Source: Chrysomallon squamiferum (taxonomy: Eukaryota; Animalia; Mollusca). From it: a stretch of DNA of 64,000 bases. Shown one piece after another: positions 29,205-42,789 of this stretch. The DNA lies in contig CM022677.1 in NCBI GenBank assembly GCA_012295275.1, forward strand, positions 15,624,001 to 15,688,000, given 5' to 3'. Position 1 is the first letter of the stretch, and each line of letters opens with the position of its first letter. The translations under genes and the position numbers were made by a program. The notes beneath the pieces were generated by a model. It made no database searches. It was not told where the DNA came from and worked only from the letters and a program-made list of their open reading frames with translations.

Positions 29205-30734
29205 ATGTATCAGAATTTTCTCACGTTGTTGTTGATGATGGGAGTCGCGAACTCACATCTCTTTCTATCGACATCACATCTGTATAACGCACTACACGAC
29301 GAAAGAGATTTGGCAATAACTATAAGAAAATTAGCACGTACACTTGTTGATGAAATGAAAAGGAGAAAATTAAATATAATTTCAGATAACATGGAAGAAC
29401 ACAGTTGGAAAGCAGGAGAAGACCCAGTACGTTATATTTTCAATCCAATTGGTGCGTTCTTATTTGTTAAGCGTTTTACTTTGGACTGGGATCGACAAGT
29501 AGCTCCCATTATTTTAGGAATCAAGACTGAATTATATAGACTTAAAATAAAGGAGATACGTGAAAATCTTCCTAATTACGAAGACTTGAAAGGGATAGCT
29601 GCAGCTATGTTTCGTCTTCAAGACACGTTCAAATTAAATGCAACAAGATTGGCAGAGGGTTTTATTAATGAACGATATATACATGCTTTATCTTCAGAAG
29701 ACTGTTATCATCTAGGCCTGCTAGCCTACAATTTAACAGAGTATCGCTATTTGTATATTTGGATGGAAATAGCTCTTAATAAAGAAAGAACTGAAACAAT
29801 TCAAAATGTTTCTCGGTTAGAGCTTCTTGAATATGCAATATATGGTAGAGAAATGGAAGGAGATATAACAGAAGCCTTGAAACTTACAAATGAACAATTA
29901 TATTCAGATCCTTATCTCCAGGAAGCAGTTGAGAGAAAGAAATATTATAAAATTTTTCTAAAATATAGCAATCAAATCAGTGTCGAAAATGACCCCTCTT
30001 ACCACGATATGAACTATAGTTTTCTTTGTCGTGTTAAAGAAGAAATTAAAATTCAAAATAGAGAAAATCTGAAATGTTATTTCAGTAATAATAAAAATAG
30101 TCCCTTCCTAGTTTTGCAGCCATCGAAAGAGGAGATTCTTCATATTTCTCCACCAATAGTTGTCTATCATGACGTTGTGCGCGACAGAGAAATTGAGGAA
30201 ATTAAAACAGTTTCTAATCCACTTTTAGAAAGAGCAAATATTACCGTTGACGGCAAAAGCTTCAAATCAGAAAACAGAATTAGCAAGCACGTTTTTCTAT
30301 TCAAAACGGAGACAACCACGGATTTGAAAATCCAGAAAAGAGTTCAAGCGATAACCGGTCTGTCGGTGGAAAGCTGTGAAATGTTGCAAGTGGCAAACTA
30401 TGGAATTGGTGGGTTTTTTGACCTTCATCGGGACTATTCAAGTAATCGTGAAAGTGTTTCTGCCGACGGAAACCGAATTGCCACATTGTTAATCTACATG
30501 AGTAACGTAGAAGAAGGAGGTGCAACAGTATTCCCCTATCTTGGCTTAAGAATATTACCTGAAAAAGGTGCAGCAGTCTTTTGGTACAACACATATCGAA
30601 GCGGTAAACCAGATACGAGGACAAATCATGCGGCATGTCCAGTTCTTATTGGCTCTAAATGGGTTTCAACTTACTGGATTCGAGAAAAGGAGCAAGTATT
30701 TAGGCGGCCATGCTCCACAAATGCACACGAGTAA
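29205..30734 (+). CDS. P4HA: Prolyl 4-hydroxylase alpha subunit, intronless, copy 4 (509 aa, intact)
   Basis: Same architecture as copy 3; GGFFDLHRD, GNRIATLLIYMSNVEEGGATVFP, TNHAACPVLIGSKW, FRRPC. Confidence 0.97.
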   Translation: MYQNFLTLLLMMGVANSHLFLSTSHLYNALHDERDLAITIRKLARTLVDEMKRRKLNIISDNMEEHSWKAGEDPVRYIFNPIGAFLFVKRFTLDWDRQVAPIILGIKTELYRLKIKEIRENLPNYEDLKGIAAAMFRLQDTFKLNATRLAEGFINERYIHALSSEDCYHLGLLAYNLTEYRYLYIWMEIALNKERTETIQNVSRLELLEYAIYGREMEGDITEALKLTNEQLYSDPYLQEAVERKKYYKIFLKYSNQISVENDPSYHDMNYSFLCRVKEEIKIQNRENLKCYFSNNKNSPFLVLQPSKEEILHISPPIVVYHDVVRDREIEEIKTVSNPLLERANITVDGKSFKSENRISKHVFLFKTETTTDLKIQKRVQAITGLSVESCEMLQVANYGIGGFFDLHRDYSSNRESVSADGNRIATLLIYMSNVEEGGATVFPYLGLRILPEKGAAVFWYNTYRSGKPDTRTNHAACPVLIGSKWVSTYWIREKEQVFRRPCSTNAHE

Positions 30735-33250
30735 CAGAAGTAGCTTTAACTACAAATACTTGTCGGAAACTAATTATTTTTAAGTGTAAGTGATGGATTG
30801 AAGTAAATCACAGATGCGAAACTCTTATTAGTCTAACCATGCATAAACACCATGTTAATTACAATTAAGTTATCTGCCAAATTTCTCCAGGATACTGGAC
30901 AGAAACTGAGGCATTTATCCAGATTCGTAAAACCTAGATCGATCTTACCTATTTTCACACTACTATTAGAAAATAATTATCAATAAATAAATAAATAGAA
31001 ATACTATACATATGAGGTAAGAGTTTTTTTCTTCCACATTTGTTATGAGATACAGATCACATCAAAAGTAGATAAGATACAAGTCTGGTATAATTACTTT
31101 TTTAACCTGTGAAATTCAAGGAGAAAATGTGAGACTTTCTGTTATTAAAATGCAGTTCCACTACGCCATTGCTATTGGTATCTATTACAAATATAAAAAA
31201 GAAGAAAAATTATAATTTCTGAATTTCAGACAAAGCAATTTCAAACTAGTAATATATTTAATTTATTAATTAATTTTTAGTGATTTGTTTTTTCATTTTT
31301 CTGATGTACACACGATATTAAGTTCATATCTAAACATAAATATGTATTCCTTTATAAGATCAATTTAACACACACCACACACATACATAAATAAACAAAA
31401 TAAAATGAATAAAAAAAAAGAAAAAAAAAAAGAAAAGTAGAACAAGAACGAAGACAACTAAACAAGGATCATTTATGGAAATACTGGATATACAATGGAA
31501 CACTAACAAACTGCATTTTCATATTATTTTCCGCAATAACAAACTAGTAATTTTTACAATAAGACTGCATTAAGGGAAGTAATAGATGACTCAATATTGC
31601 CTCCTTTATCTGTCTCACAGTAACAAACTGAATTTTCATCAAATTACAGAAAATTTCTTACAAGGATTGCTAAAGTCTGTGCCCTGTCAACCCCAACCTC
31701 AGACTCATAGACCACAGTTTACCCTTCTTTCTAAAACTCATGTCCATCACTGATTTTTATTAAACAATAAATAAAGTCTTGGCACCGAATATGTTTTAGA
31801 ACTTCTACCTCAAACATGTTTTATTTATAATATAATTATATGTAGTTTTTCTTAGAGCTGTACTACCTAACTCTTGTAGAAATACTACTACTATTACTAC
31901 TACAACTGCTACTACTATTACTACTAATAGTAATAATAAATAAATAAATAAATAAAATAAAATAATAATAAATAGACAAAAAATAAAAATAAATAAGAAT
32001 AAATTAACTAACTAATGATTGATAATGAAAATACAAATTAGTAAAACACTGCCTCTAATCTGTTGCCGCTGCCAAATGTGTGCTTACCAAAGCTCTGCGA
32101 AAATTTCAAATTATTCCTCAGTGACCTCCTTGTTCATCAAACGGAACCGTTGTCATGTTCAACCGTCCGTTTGTCGCTTACCAAGCCAGGACTTCAACTT
32201 GCAAATCAATCGTCGAAGCCCGTAGATATAAAATTCTTGCGGACGTAACAGAAAACCGTGGAATCGAAGCTCTATTCGCTTGTCAGTTTATTTACTGAGT
32301 AAAATTATGAATACATATTTATTTAGTATTTGTCGTTATTTTATCTTTTCACTAATTTATATACAGAAAAAGAAATGTATCTAATGAAACACAGTTTCAT
32401 AGATAATCGGGGTTTCTATTAAAGAAAAACGAGATTTTCTATCTTCGCCACACATAAACACAGAAAATCGTGTTTTACGTGATTGCGCATAAAACGCCGT
32501 ATTACCAGGGACATCGTAGAAAAGTAATGTTAACCTCAATGTTGGTTTTATGACTACAGCCATGAATATTCATTATTATTTTTATGTCGCACTGGTCCTG
32601 TTCTGATTTTCAATGGTCCCGTTTTTTATTTTTTCGTTTGTTTTTGTTTGTTTTTTGTGTATCAATCTCTTGTAACTCTATCAATGATACATAAACAAAA
32701 ATTAAGTTACCTATCCACATTATACACTGAAGTCGTTCAATCATTTTAAACAAGTAACATTCTTTCAAAAACAACATTGTAAGTCAAAAGTAGACAGAAA
32801 TAATATGAAACTAAAAGTAGAGAACAGACAAAAAGGTAACTTAATAACCATTGTACACGAATAGAGAAACAATACAGACATATATATCGATTCTTCTCAA
32901 ATATTATTCCTTTTTTACATACAAAATTTGATTATTCTTAATTTTTTTTTACTTTTCTTTATTACGTTATTATGTACCAGGTTTCTCAGCAATAAAATTA
33001 ATTTCAAAGTAAAATTTTGATCTTTACTTATGTTAGTTGAAACAAAAATCTTTGAAATCACATCTAAAATAGGGCTTGCTTCATTTACTCATTAAGAACA
33101 CTTCCTTTAAGTATTCTGCTCTGACAAGTATCCTAACAGTTCACCAAAATAATTATATTCTAAAGAAGAGAGATGTATCAGAACTTCCTCACGTTGGTGT
33201 TGATGATGCCAGTCGCGAACTTACATCTCTTTTTATCGACATCACATGTG
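30735..33250. repeat. Right arm of a long inverted duplication; left arm about 22410-24310
   Basis: Reverse-complement matches: 24060-24308 to 30737-30970; about 23620-23950 to 31655-32030; about 23050-23500 to 32180-32635 (ORFs 23121..23303+ and 32381..32563- differ by one residue); 22410-22980 to 32680-33250. Confidence 0.93.
33173..33250 (+). pseudogene. P4HA 5' stub (first 26 or so codons)
   Basis: atgtatcagaacttcctcacgttggtgttgatgatgccagtcgcgaacttacatctctttttatcgacatcacatgtg = MYQNFLTLVLMMPVANLHLFLSTSHV, after which homology ends abruptly. Confidence 0.9.
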
Positions 33251-33444
33251 TTTAAGAATAAGTATAACTTTTCCAGCAACTATTATTCATATGTTGAGAA
33301 TTGAGTTAAAATTCAAAATATTCTTAGACCCAATTTTATACAATTATTGCCTTCACAAAGTTTACAAATCATTTCATTTTATTTTGTAATTTGTCCTGTT
33401 TTGTGTGAATGAATACCCCAATTATTTATTTATCCATTTGTTAG

Positions 33445-33516
<72 letters not shown>

Positions 33517-34183
33517 TTATGATATTATAAGCAATTGACCATGGATAATAATTTTCCTAACATAAGGGAAATAACTCTCTTTTGATAAAACTTTATTTAT
33601 ATTGTTAAAACATATGAAATAAATAAAGAAAGCAAATACAATTTCCCATCCAAATTAAAAACAAAATCAATAATAATTAACACCCTGAAAACAATTTTAT
33701 ATCTCTTTTTTATTTACCAAGAAACAGTAACAATGAATTAAAAAATCAAATTCAACAGCAAAATTGTAACAAATATAAAAATTAATTAATTAAAAATAAC
33801 AAAAATATTGTAAAAAGAAAATATAATTTAACTACAGCTGTTACTAATTTATCACCTGTTTTAAATTAGTACATCGAATAATTCATTACTTTATTTAACA
33901 GGAGCTAGTATTAAAAATTGATCTAGACATCTGTTTTTTTTTTTATTAAAGTTTACTAAATAAATTGATTTAATGCTTTATCTTCTGAGTTTATATTCTA
34001 TTTTGTGCAGACATAAATGCATGCACTCATATAACACAAGTAAAAGACACTAAAAAAACTAACACATATACAAACATTACAATACTCACACAACAGAAAA
34101 TATACACACACACACACACAAACATTTACTTAGGCAAAACTGACACAAACAGACATATCAACATACATACAGACACATACACC

Positions 34184-34221
<38 letters not shown>

Positions 34222-35199
34222 CAGGCACACATATCTGCAGAGACATACTAACGTACATACTGACATACATCTTCACACATACAGTGCAGAACATAAATGT
34301 AATACATAATAACTGATACTATCAAAAACATTTCTTATAATAATTGGCCTATGAAAACAACAAAGATAAAGATAAAACTCTGAAAAAACAGGAGCTAGTA
34401 ATAAAAACTGATCTATCAATTAAACTTTTCCTGTGTATTTTAAAAATGTGGAATAAATATCAGTAAAAAATCATACGACTATTAACTACAATTTTATAAT
34501 GTTTGTTTGCACCTCTATTAAAACTAACAAAATATTGCTAAAATTATTATTATTTACCTACTACAACTACAGTTATTTAACTCCTTTTTTAAATTAGTAC
34601 TACAAATTAATTTTTTTTATCACTATCCCATTAAAACTGATCTATTATTATTATTATTATTATTATTATTAAATTATTAATATTATTATTAAAATTATTA
34701 TTTTTTTATTACTATTACTACTACTACTGTTTCTAGTTGGGTTTCTTTGAAAAGTAGTAGCTGTTATAATTACTACTGCTGATGCTATTGCTACTATTAC
34801 AGCTATTGCTGCCGATGTTTTCGGTGCTAATTACATCTCTGTCACAAATAGTAACAACTGTTTACTACTATAAAATACGAGAAGCTATTAACAAGTGTTA
34901 TTTTTCCTCCTGTGTATGTATATAGTAACAAAAATAAACATATTAAATCTCAAATATTTGCAAGCTTCTGTTTTAATATTCTGTATTAAAAAATAATTTT
35001 TTACTGAAAAATACAAAAATAATTTGTTACCTAATGAGTTTCCACTCAAGTGCTTTAACTCAGACATGTGTGCCTTTGTGGTATAATAGAACGACTAAAG
35101 ACACCATCAGTTTCAATCTTAAATTTAAATAAAACTGGCCTGAGTATTTTCTACAAAGCATTTAAACATATAAATTGATAACCAAATATTTCTTAACAC

Positions 35200-37611
35200 A
35201 CGCACACACACACACACTATTAAGATAATAATTATAACTATTGCTGATACACACACACAGCCAATTGTAAGAGTAGAAATTATCACTATTGTTGATACAC
35301 TCACAGACATACACACACACTATTATCAGACTAGCAGTTATCAGTATTGCTCAAACACTCACTCATACACATAATATTATCAGAGTAGCAATTTTCAATA
35401 TTGCTGACACAGACACACACACACACACACTTACTATTATCAGAGTAGCAGTTATCAGTATGGCTGATACACTCACACACATACACACACAATTGCTGTT
35501 ACACACACATACTATTATCTCAGAAGTAATTATCACTATTGCTGACACACACTATTATCACTATTACTGATACACACACATACACAGAACCACACACATA
35601 CTCACTATTATCTGCATAGAAGTTATCACTAGTTCTGATGCAATTAAAACTATTGCTTATACACAGACACTATCAGAGTAGAAATTATCACTATTGCTGA
35701 TTCTCACGCACATACACACACTCATAGTATTATTAGTAGTTATCTCTGTTGCAGATATACACGCACACTATTATCAGATTAGCAAATATCATTATTGCTG
35801 ATACACACACAGCTACATACACACATACTATTATCAGAGAAGCAATTATCACTATTGCTCAAACACTGATAGAAACACACACACTATTATCTAAGTAGCA
35901 ATGGTCACTATTGCAGATACACACACACATTATTATTATCAGAGTAGTAGTTATCTCTTTTGCTTATAGACACACAAACATACCTGCTATTATCACAGAA
36001 GCAATTATCACTATTGCTGATACATTCACACATACACATGTACTATTATCAGAGTAGCAATTATCACTATTGCTGATACACGCACTCACATAATGGCTGA
36101 TTTACACAGTATTATCAGAGTCGAAATTATCACTGTTGCTGATACACTCACACAAATACACACACTTATACTATTATTAGTAGTTAACTGTATTCCTGTT
36201 ACACACACACACACACATATTATTATCAGAGTAGCAATTGTCACTATTGTTTATACATTCACACACACACACACACACTATTATCAGAGTAGCAAATATC
36301 ATTATTGCTGATACACTCACACACTCACACAGACTATTATCAGAGTAGCAAATATCATTATTGCTAATACACTCACACAGACTATTATCAGAGTAGCAAT
36401 TGTCACTATTGCTGATACACTCACACACTCACACAGACTATTATCAGAGTAGCATTTGTCACTATTGCTGATACACTCGCACACATACATACTATTATCA
36501 GAGAGGCAGTTATCAGTATTGCTGATACACACACAATATGAACAGAAAAGCAGTTATAACTATATCTGATATACTCATACAAAAACACACCTACTATTAT
36601 CACAGAAGCAATCATCACTATTGCTCATACACTCACAAACACACACACATACTATTATCATACACTGACACACACACACTATTATCAGACTAGCAGTTAT
36701 CAGTATTGCTCATATACTCACTCATACACACATAATATTATCAGTCGCAATTTTCAATATTGCTGACACAGACACACACACATATACTATTATCAGAGTA
36801 GCAGTTATCAGTATGGCTGATACACTCACACACATACACACACTATTGCTGTTACACACACATACTATTATCTCAGAAGTAATTATCACTATTGCTGATA
36901 CACTGACACAGACAATTATCTGAATAGCAATAATCACTATTGCTGATACACACAGACAAACATACATTATTATCAGAGTAGTAAACTCTATTGCTGATAC
37001 ACACACAGAAACATACACACAAACACATATGCTATTATCAGAGAAGCAATTACCAATATTGCTGATACACTCATACACACACTAATACTATTATCAGAGG
37101 AGCAATTATCATTATTGCTGATAAACTGACAAACACACAGGCACACACATACACACTATTATCAGAGAAGCAATTAACACTATTGCTGATACACTCACAT
37201 GCACATACTATTCTCAGAGTAGAAACTATCACTCTTGCTCATACTAACATACATACAAATATGCATACACAAACACATACTATTATCAGATTAACACTAT
37301 TGCTGATACCACTCACACACAGACAGTATTATCAGAGTAGCAGTTATCACTATTGCTGATACACACACAATTATAACAGTAGTTACACTGACACACAAAC
37401 TATTATCAGAGTAGCAATTATGACACACATACTGTTATCAGAGTTAGCAATTGTAACTACTGCTGATACACACATACCTACAAACTATCAGAGTAGCAAT
37501 TCTCTCTATTGCCGATACACTCAAACAGATACACACACACACACATACACTATTATCAGACTAGTAATTATCACTTGTGCTGAAACACAGACACTATTAT
37601 GACTATTTCTG

Positions 37612-37649
<38 letters not shown>

Positions 37650-37840
37650 TTATCAGAATAGCAGTTATCACTATTGGTGATACACACACACACACACACA
37701 CACAGACACTATTATCAGAGTAGCAGTTATCACTGTTGCTGATACAAACACATTCACAGAAAAACACAGACACGATTACTATTATCAGAGTAGAAATTAT
37801 CACTATTGCTGATACACTCACAAACACACACATATACTAT
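35200..37840. repeat. Minisatellite array: about 36-bp core ACTATTATCAGAGTAGCAATTATCACTATTGCTGAT separated by variable (CA)-rich spacers
   Basis: Core recurs every 40-55 bp or so (roughly 50-55 units, estimated from length); internal higher-order duplication of about 35315-35545 at 36675-36905. Confidence 0.95.
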
Positions 37841-37849
37841 CTCTGTCAA

Positions 37850-38763
37850 TCATCTTTCAATTTCTTCAAATGGTAGCTCTCAAGTTAACTTTGAATATTC
37901 TTTATGAAAACAACTTTAAGCTGGAACCTGCTTGTTGTCTATCTGTAAATATCATTGCTCCATATCTTTTCATTTCTTCTATAATTTGTAATGTAGAAAC
38001 ACACAGAGCTTTTGCAGTGTCATTAGTCATTATAGTGGAAGTTTTTTTTTCCATAATAATCACGAATCATCCACTGTTAACTATTTGAGAAGAATCAATC
38101 AATACTGACGTATATTGTCAACAACTTCTCTGTCTGGAAACTTGGTCTATATCAGTAGATATCTCAACTGTTTGAAGCAACCCTTATAGTCTTCTCCATA
38201 TTCTTGTAAATGAAATTGATTCCAGAATAATGTCTTTCCTGTAGATACAATAATAACATTCAATAGAATAATAAGTATTTTTCCATTGAGTTTGTAATGT
38301 TAGAAAGAAATTATTATAAATAAACATCATCAGTCTTATTATAATAGGGTTTAATAATAACAAATAATTTAAATATAAATTTAGATCTCTAAAAAAACAG
38401 GATCAATACAAACTGTAAATTTAAAATTCTGGTCAACTTAAAAAATGTGTTTTGTATAATCTAAATTCATAAAGATAAGTGAAAATATTTCTTTATGAAA
38501 GATTTTCTAATGCATTGATTAGATCAAAATATTTTAAAGTTAAGCAAGACAAACATAACATGAAAATGTAATAATAACAATAATAATACAAATACCACTA
38601 ATATTTCTCAAAGCTGAAATCTATAAAATTGTGAATTCTCCTCTGAATCTTCAGCACTGACCTGCCTTGTACTGTAAGGGAGAGAGTGAGATCTGAAAAA
38701 CTTTGTTTTTGACCAAGTGTTTAAAAGAAATACAAAATCTGACATGGACTAGACAGTTTCCAC
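37850..38763 (-). pseudogene. Two decayed exons (38662-38763 and about 37850-38238) of an unidentified gene
   Basis: tttacag|..|gtcagt and ctacag| boundaries; phase-compatible GNCLVHVRFCISFKHLVKNKVFQISLSPLQYKA-GKTLFWNQFHLQEYGEDYKGCFKQLRYLL followed by several stops; ends at the satellite. Confidence 0.35.
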
Positions 38764-39859
38764 CTGTAAATTGAAAAGAATTCGTTATAAAAAAATGTGA
38801 GCCTATGAAAAATGTGAGGCATTTTAGTTAAATAACTAATTTTTATCTAATTTTTTTATACCACTTCTAATGCATTGAATATGGAAATAAATATTAAAAT
38901 AAAAAATTATAAATGGTTTCAAGTACTGTTTTACAACAACGTACTCAGATCTCTCTGCTATGGAGTTTTAGCAGAGTAATGTGTCCACATTATGGTAATA
39001 TTCATCCACCAGTGAATGACTAAAAATAAAATAAAATAAAATAAAAGAAATATTAATCTTATCCTGCAGCGCAGTTTATATGGCAAAATGTTGAATCAGC
39101 AAAAATAATATTTTATATTCGTTTCAAAATCATCACCTTTTCGCTCATTTTTTGTTGTTTTTAAAAAATTTTTGTCTTTTCCAATGTCTTTTCCTGGAAA
39201 CTTGTTTTACATGGTAGACTGTAAAACTGACGACGTAATTGAATCCTCGCGTGACACTTCGAAAGCATTTTACTCCATGTTTACCATCGAATGACAGTTT
39301 TAAATAAGAACTATTCAACTAGTTGATAATATTATATAAAACCAAGCAGATATCATATGAATAAACCTTTATTCATTAATTGTTTTATTATTATTATTTT
39401 AATTATTATTATTACTTGATTACAGCTTTCATCATAAAGTAAGTATTAAACACAATTTTACAATCACATTGCAAGAGTATTTCAAAATTATTAATTTTAT
39501 AACGTACATACAACACTGAAACAGTAAGTTTGATAGGAGATACACAGAAAGTATATAAACTATTAGGAAAAAAAATAATAAAAATATAATAATAAAATAA
39601 AATAAAATAAACCCTTAATTTTCCCCTGATTTAAATAATATAAAGAAATATATTTTTTTTTACAAATAATTCTAATTGCCCCTATTTGCATAATTTTTAA
39701 TACTATTTAATTGATTTTCTCCCAGCAAACCCTTGATTTTCCCTGATTTAAATAATATAAAGAAAAAACACAGGCTCAACTGGTAAATTTATAAGAAATT
39801 CTGGGTTTTTTTGTTTATGTTCTCCTGTGGAGAAACAGAACAGATTGCAGAACAATGGC

Positions 39860-39960
39860 ACAACAGTGACAGAACAGTGACAAAACAGTGACAGAACAGT
39901 GACAAAACAGTGACACAACAGTGTCAGGACAGTGACAGAACAGATGGCAGAACAGTTTCA
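39860..39960. repeat. 11-bp minisatellite (ACAGTGACARA)n
   Basis: Directly visible. Confidence 0.85.
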
Positions 39961-40146
39961 GAAATTGCTTTTGCCTGTTTTTGAAAGTTCTGTCAGTGTA
40001 GATCAGCAGGGTTTTGCTAGAGATCACCAGAAATAGAGATAGACAGGCTAACACATTTTTAATTTCATATTTGTAACTTTATTATTCATGTACAGCCGAT
40101 TACCGAGAAATTATCGGTTATAATAATATAGGCTTCAGCTCTTATA

Positions 40147-40270
40147 TTAGTTAAAATTATAACAATCATAAGGAATATTGTTTTTAGTGATTAGTTAAAA
40201 TTATAACAATCATAAGGAATATATTTACTGATTAGTTACAATTATAACTGTCATAATGAACATATTTAGT
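40147..40270. repeat. Three tandem copies of a unit of about 40 bp (ttagttaaaattataacaatcataaggaatat)
   Basis: Directly visible. Confidence 0.8.
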
Positions 40271-42261
40271 GATGTCTCTGCATGGTACCAATGCCAGTAG
40301 TTTTGACAAAATATGGCATCATTTGTTTACTTAAACCAGTTAGGTTTATCATAAATAAAAATACTATAATAAATATAAAACAACAAATTATTAATAATAG
40401 CATATAGTAATTGTTATGCAGGGATTCCTGAGACATGAAACTTATACCAAAGGTTTCACAAGCACGAAAAGGGGTTGAGAAATGCTGGTATGTTTTAAAT
40501 ATTATATTCACTTTATAGGCCATTCTTTTTTTTATTAGTTGGATTATGGAAAAAAATAAGCTTCAAATTTAGGGGAGAAGTTACATATAAAGATAAAATA
40601 AATTTTACCTGTTCATGTAGTTTAAAAATTATGTGCACAAAATGTTTTTAAAAAAAAGGTTTGATACAATATTGCCAAAAATACATGTTTATTTGCATGC
40701 ATATGTTGTAAATTATGTCTTCCAGTGTTTAAAACACAATTTTTCATGATAAAACATAAATTTTCAAATTCCTGTTTATTTTCTTCAGTTTTTGCGTCTT
40801 TCATGTTAGAAGATCTGTAATCATGAAACTATTATGACTGAAATATGTATTGAATTATTTTGTTTCATATCAAATTTATAGTATAATAACTTTTTGAGGT
40901 AGTTTTGAGTGATTAAGGTTGGGGTGTGGTCATCCCAGTAGGTGAGTGATATGTTTGTGCTAAAAAATATTAAGCCAGACTGTACTTAACACTTTTGAGA
41001 AAAACAAATTGTTGTCCTAGCAGTAGGTTCAGTTTAAATATGTACAGTTATGGTTGTAGCCATTGTTGCATGTACACTGTTAATTTGTTCTATTGGTGAT
41101 ATAATCAGAGTACTTTGTCTCCCCATCTGGAATGCACTTTGTCTGTAACTATTATCAAAACTGATAGGTTTGAGAAAAACTGCTGAACAAGAAACATTTA
41201 TTTAAAAACACTGTAGCAAAATAATTGTTACTGTGAACTTGGCACATTGATGCAGTTTCATGCTTTCCTGGTTCATGATGCAGTATTCTCTAGAATCTGA
41301 CATCTTCCTTTGATTAAACATTTAATAACTGTCCGTTTCGTTTTTTTGAAACTGCAACCAGTAATAAGAAAATATGTTCAGTGGGATCTGTACTATCTTT
41401 AGGAATTAAGACAGCTACTCTTCCTGGTCATGTTAATCAGATTTTGTATTAACTATCCTGGAGTTCATTATGGGCAGTGTTTTGAAATTTGTGTCATTTG
41501 TTTTGGAAGCAGTTTCTATGAGAGATTTTACTTCTTGGTTTTAAAGTAGTGGAAGCTTAAATAATCAGTTAACATTAATAAAGTCACTACAGAAGAAGTG
41601 TTCTTAATGGCTCCAGTTAATTGAGTAATTATTTGATTTTTTTTATATGAATTTCTTTTTTTGATTTTGTTTTGTTTCATTATATGATGAAATACTACAG
41701 GGCTGATACTTTGTCTACCTCTTAGGTTGAAGAATCTGTAAAGAGTTTTTGAAAGTGATAGATATTTATGGATATTTTTCAATGTTTTATGACCGTAATT
41801 CATTGTTTTTAGATGTATATATTTTAATGAGCTTATGAAGATTTATTATTATTATTTTTTTTTATATTTCAGTTATATTTTGAATTGGGCTAAGCCAGTG
41901 AAGTTTATTTTTACCAAGCAAAGATTTCTTCAAGGTGAAAGTTGCTACTTAGACACATCTAGTGTGTTTTTCTGTAAGTTTGTTTTTAATATTACTGTAT
42001 GTTCAAAATGCCTGCATGGTGACTGTTGTATTTTAGTGTTTTTTAATGACAGGTGTTGAATATTCTAACATGGTTCATACTACTTTGAACTAATGAGAAA
42101 TATGTGGGCATCAGTTTACTGTGGACTGACAGTGTTTGTATAAGACTAAAATGGACTGTAGTGCTGTAGTATAGAAAATGATTGTTACAGTTTATTATGT
42201 TCAATGAAAATTCTTCATTTTACTCAATCTTTTGAAACTAATGTTTGTATTCTCTCTTTTC

Positions 42262-42785
42262 AGAACTGTACACGTCAAGAATGCCTATGTCACTCTTTGT
42301 CACTCTGGCAGTATTTTTTTCAGTGGATTTAATATTCTTTGTCTTATACTTTCACACCAGTACTTTTTCTTCCTCCAAATGAAGAAATCCTTCAAACATC
42401 TTTTTTTTGCAGTGTCATTAATAATCTTCCCTCTTTTCACCTTCATATTCTTGCACATCTTTTTCGATTCCACCATTACACGTTTTCTGCCACCTTTCTT
42501 TTTACTTTTGTGTTCATGTTACCTCTACTTCCACTGTTCCCTCTGCTTTGGTTCATTGAGCCATATCTTCTCCTGGTGGTTTGTGGATAATCTCAGGCAG
42601 GCCTTCATTAAAACCCAGTCTCCTCTTTCATTTGTGTTACTTGTCTTTGAACATCTCGTATGGATAGATATCTTTAGGTGCAAGGAATGCAGCCTGATAG
42701 GGTCCATAGAAGAAAATTGGGTATTTTGGAGTTTTTACTGATGGTGGAGGTCATCAATCCTTGCCAGCCAGTGTGAACTGATTGT
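42262..42785 (-). pseudogene. HDGF/LEDGF-family retrocopy, inverted 5' part (PWWP domain)
   Basis: Minus strand: HWLARIDDL..(frameshift)..[48 protein letters not shown], matching the HDGF-family HATH/PWWP consensus HWPARID..KY.IFF.GTHETAFLGPKD.FPYE..K.K.GK.NKRKGFNEGLWEI.NNP; then Lys/Glu-rich sequence. Confidence 0.9.
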
Positions 42786-42789
42786 TTCG

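Noticed and set aside
27148-30734. Horizontal transfer or viral/bacterial origin of the intronless P4H genes
   Set aside because: The proteins have the full animal alpha-subunit architecture (signal peptide, N-domain, TPR region, catalytic domain) and host-like AT content
35200-37840. CRISPR array
   Set aside because: Spacers are low-complexity CA tracts of irregular length, repeats are degenerate, the context is eukaryotic and there are no cas genes
42232-42741. 169-aa hydrophobic ORF on the plus strand as a membrane protein
   Set aside because: It is the antisense of the Lys/Glu-rich PWWP retrocopy
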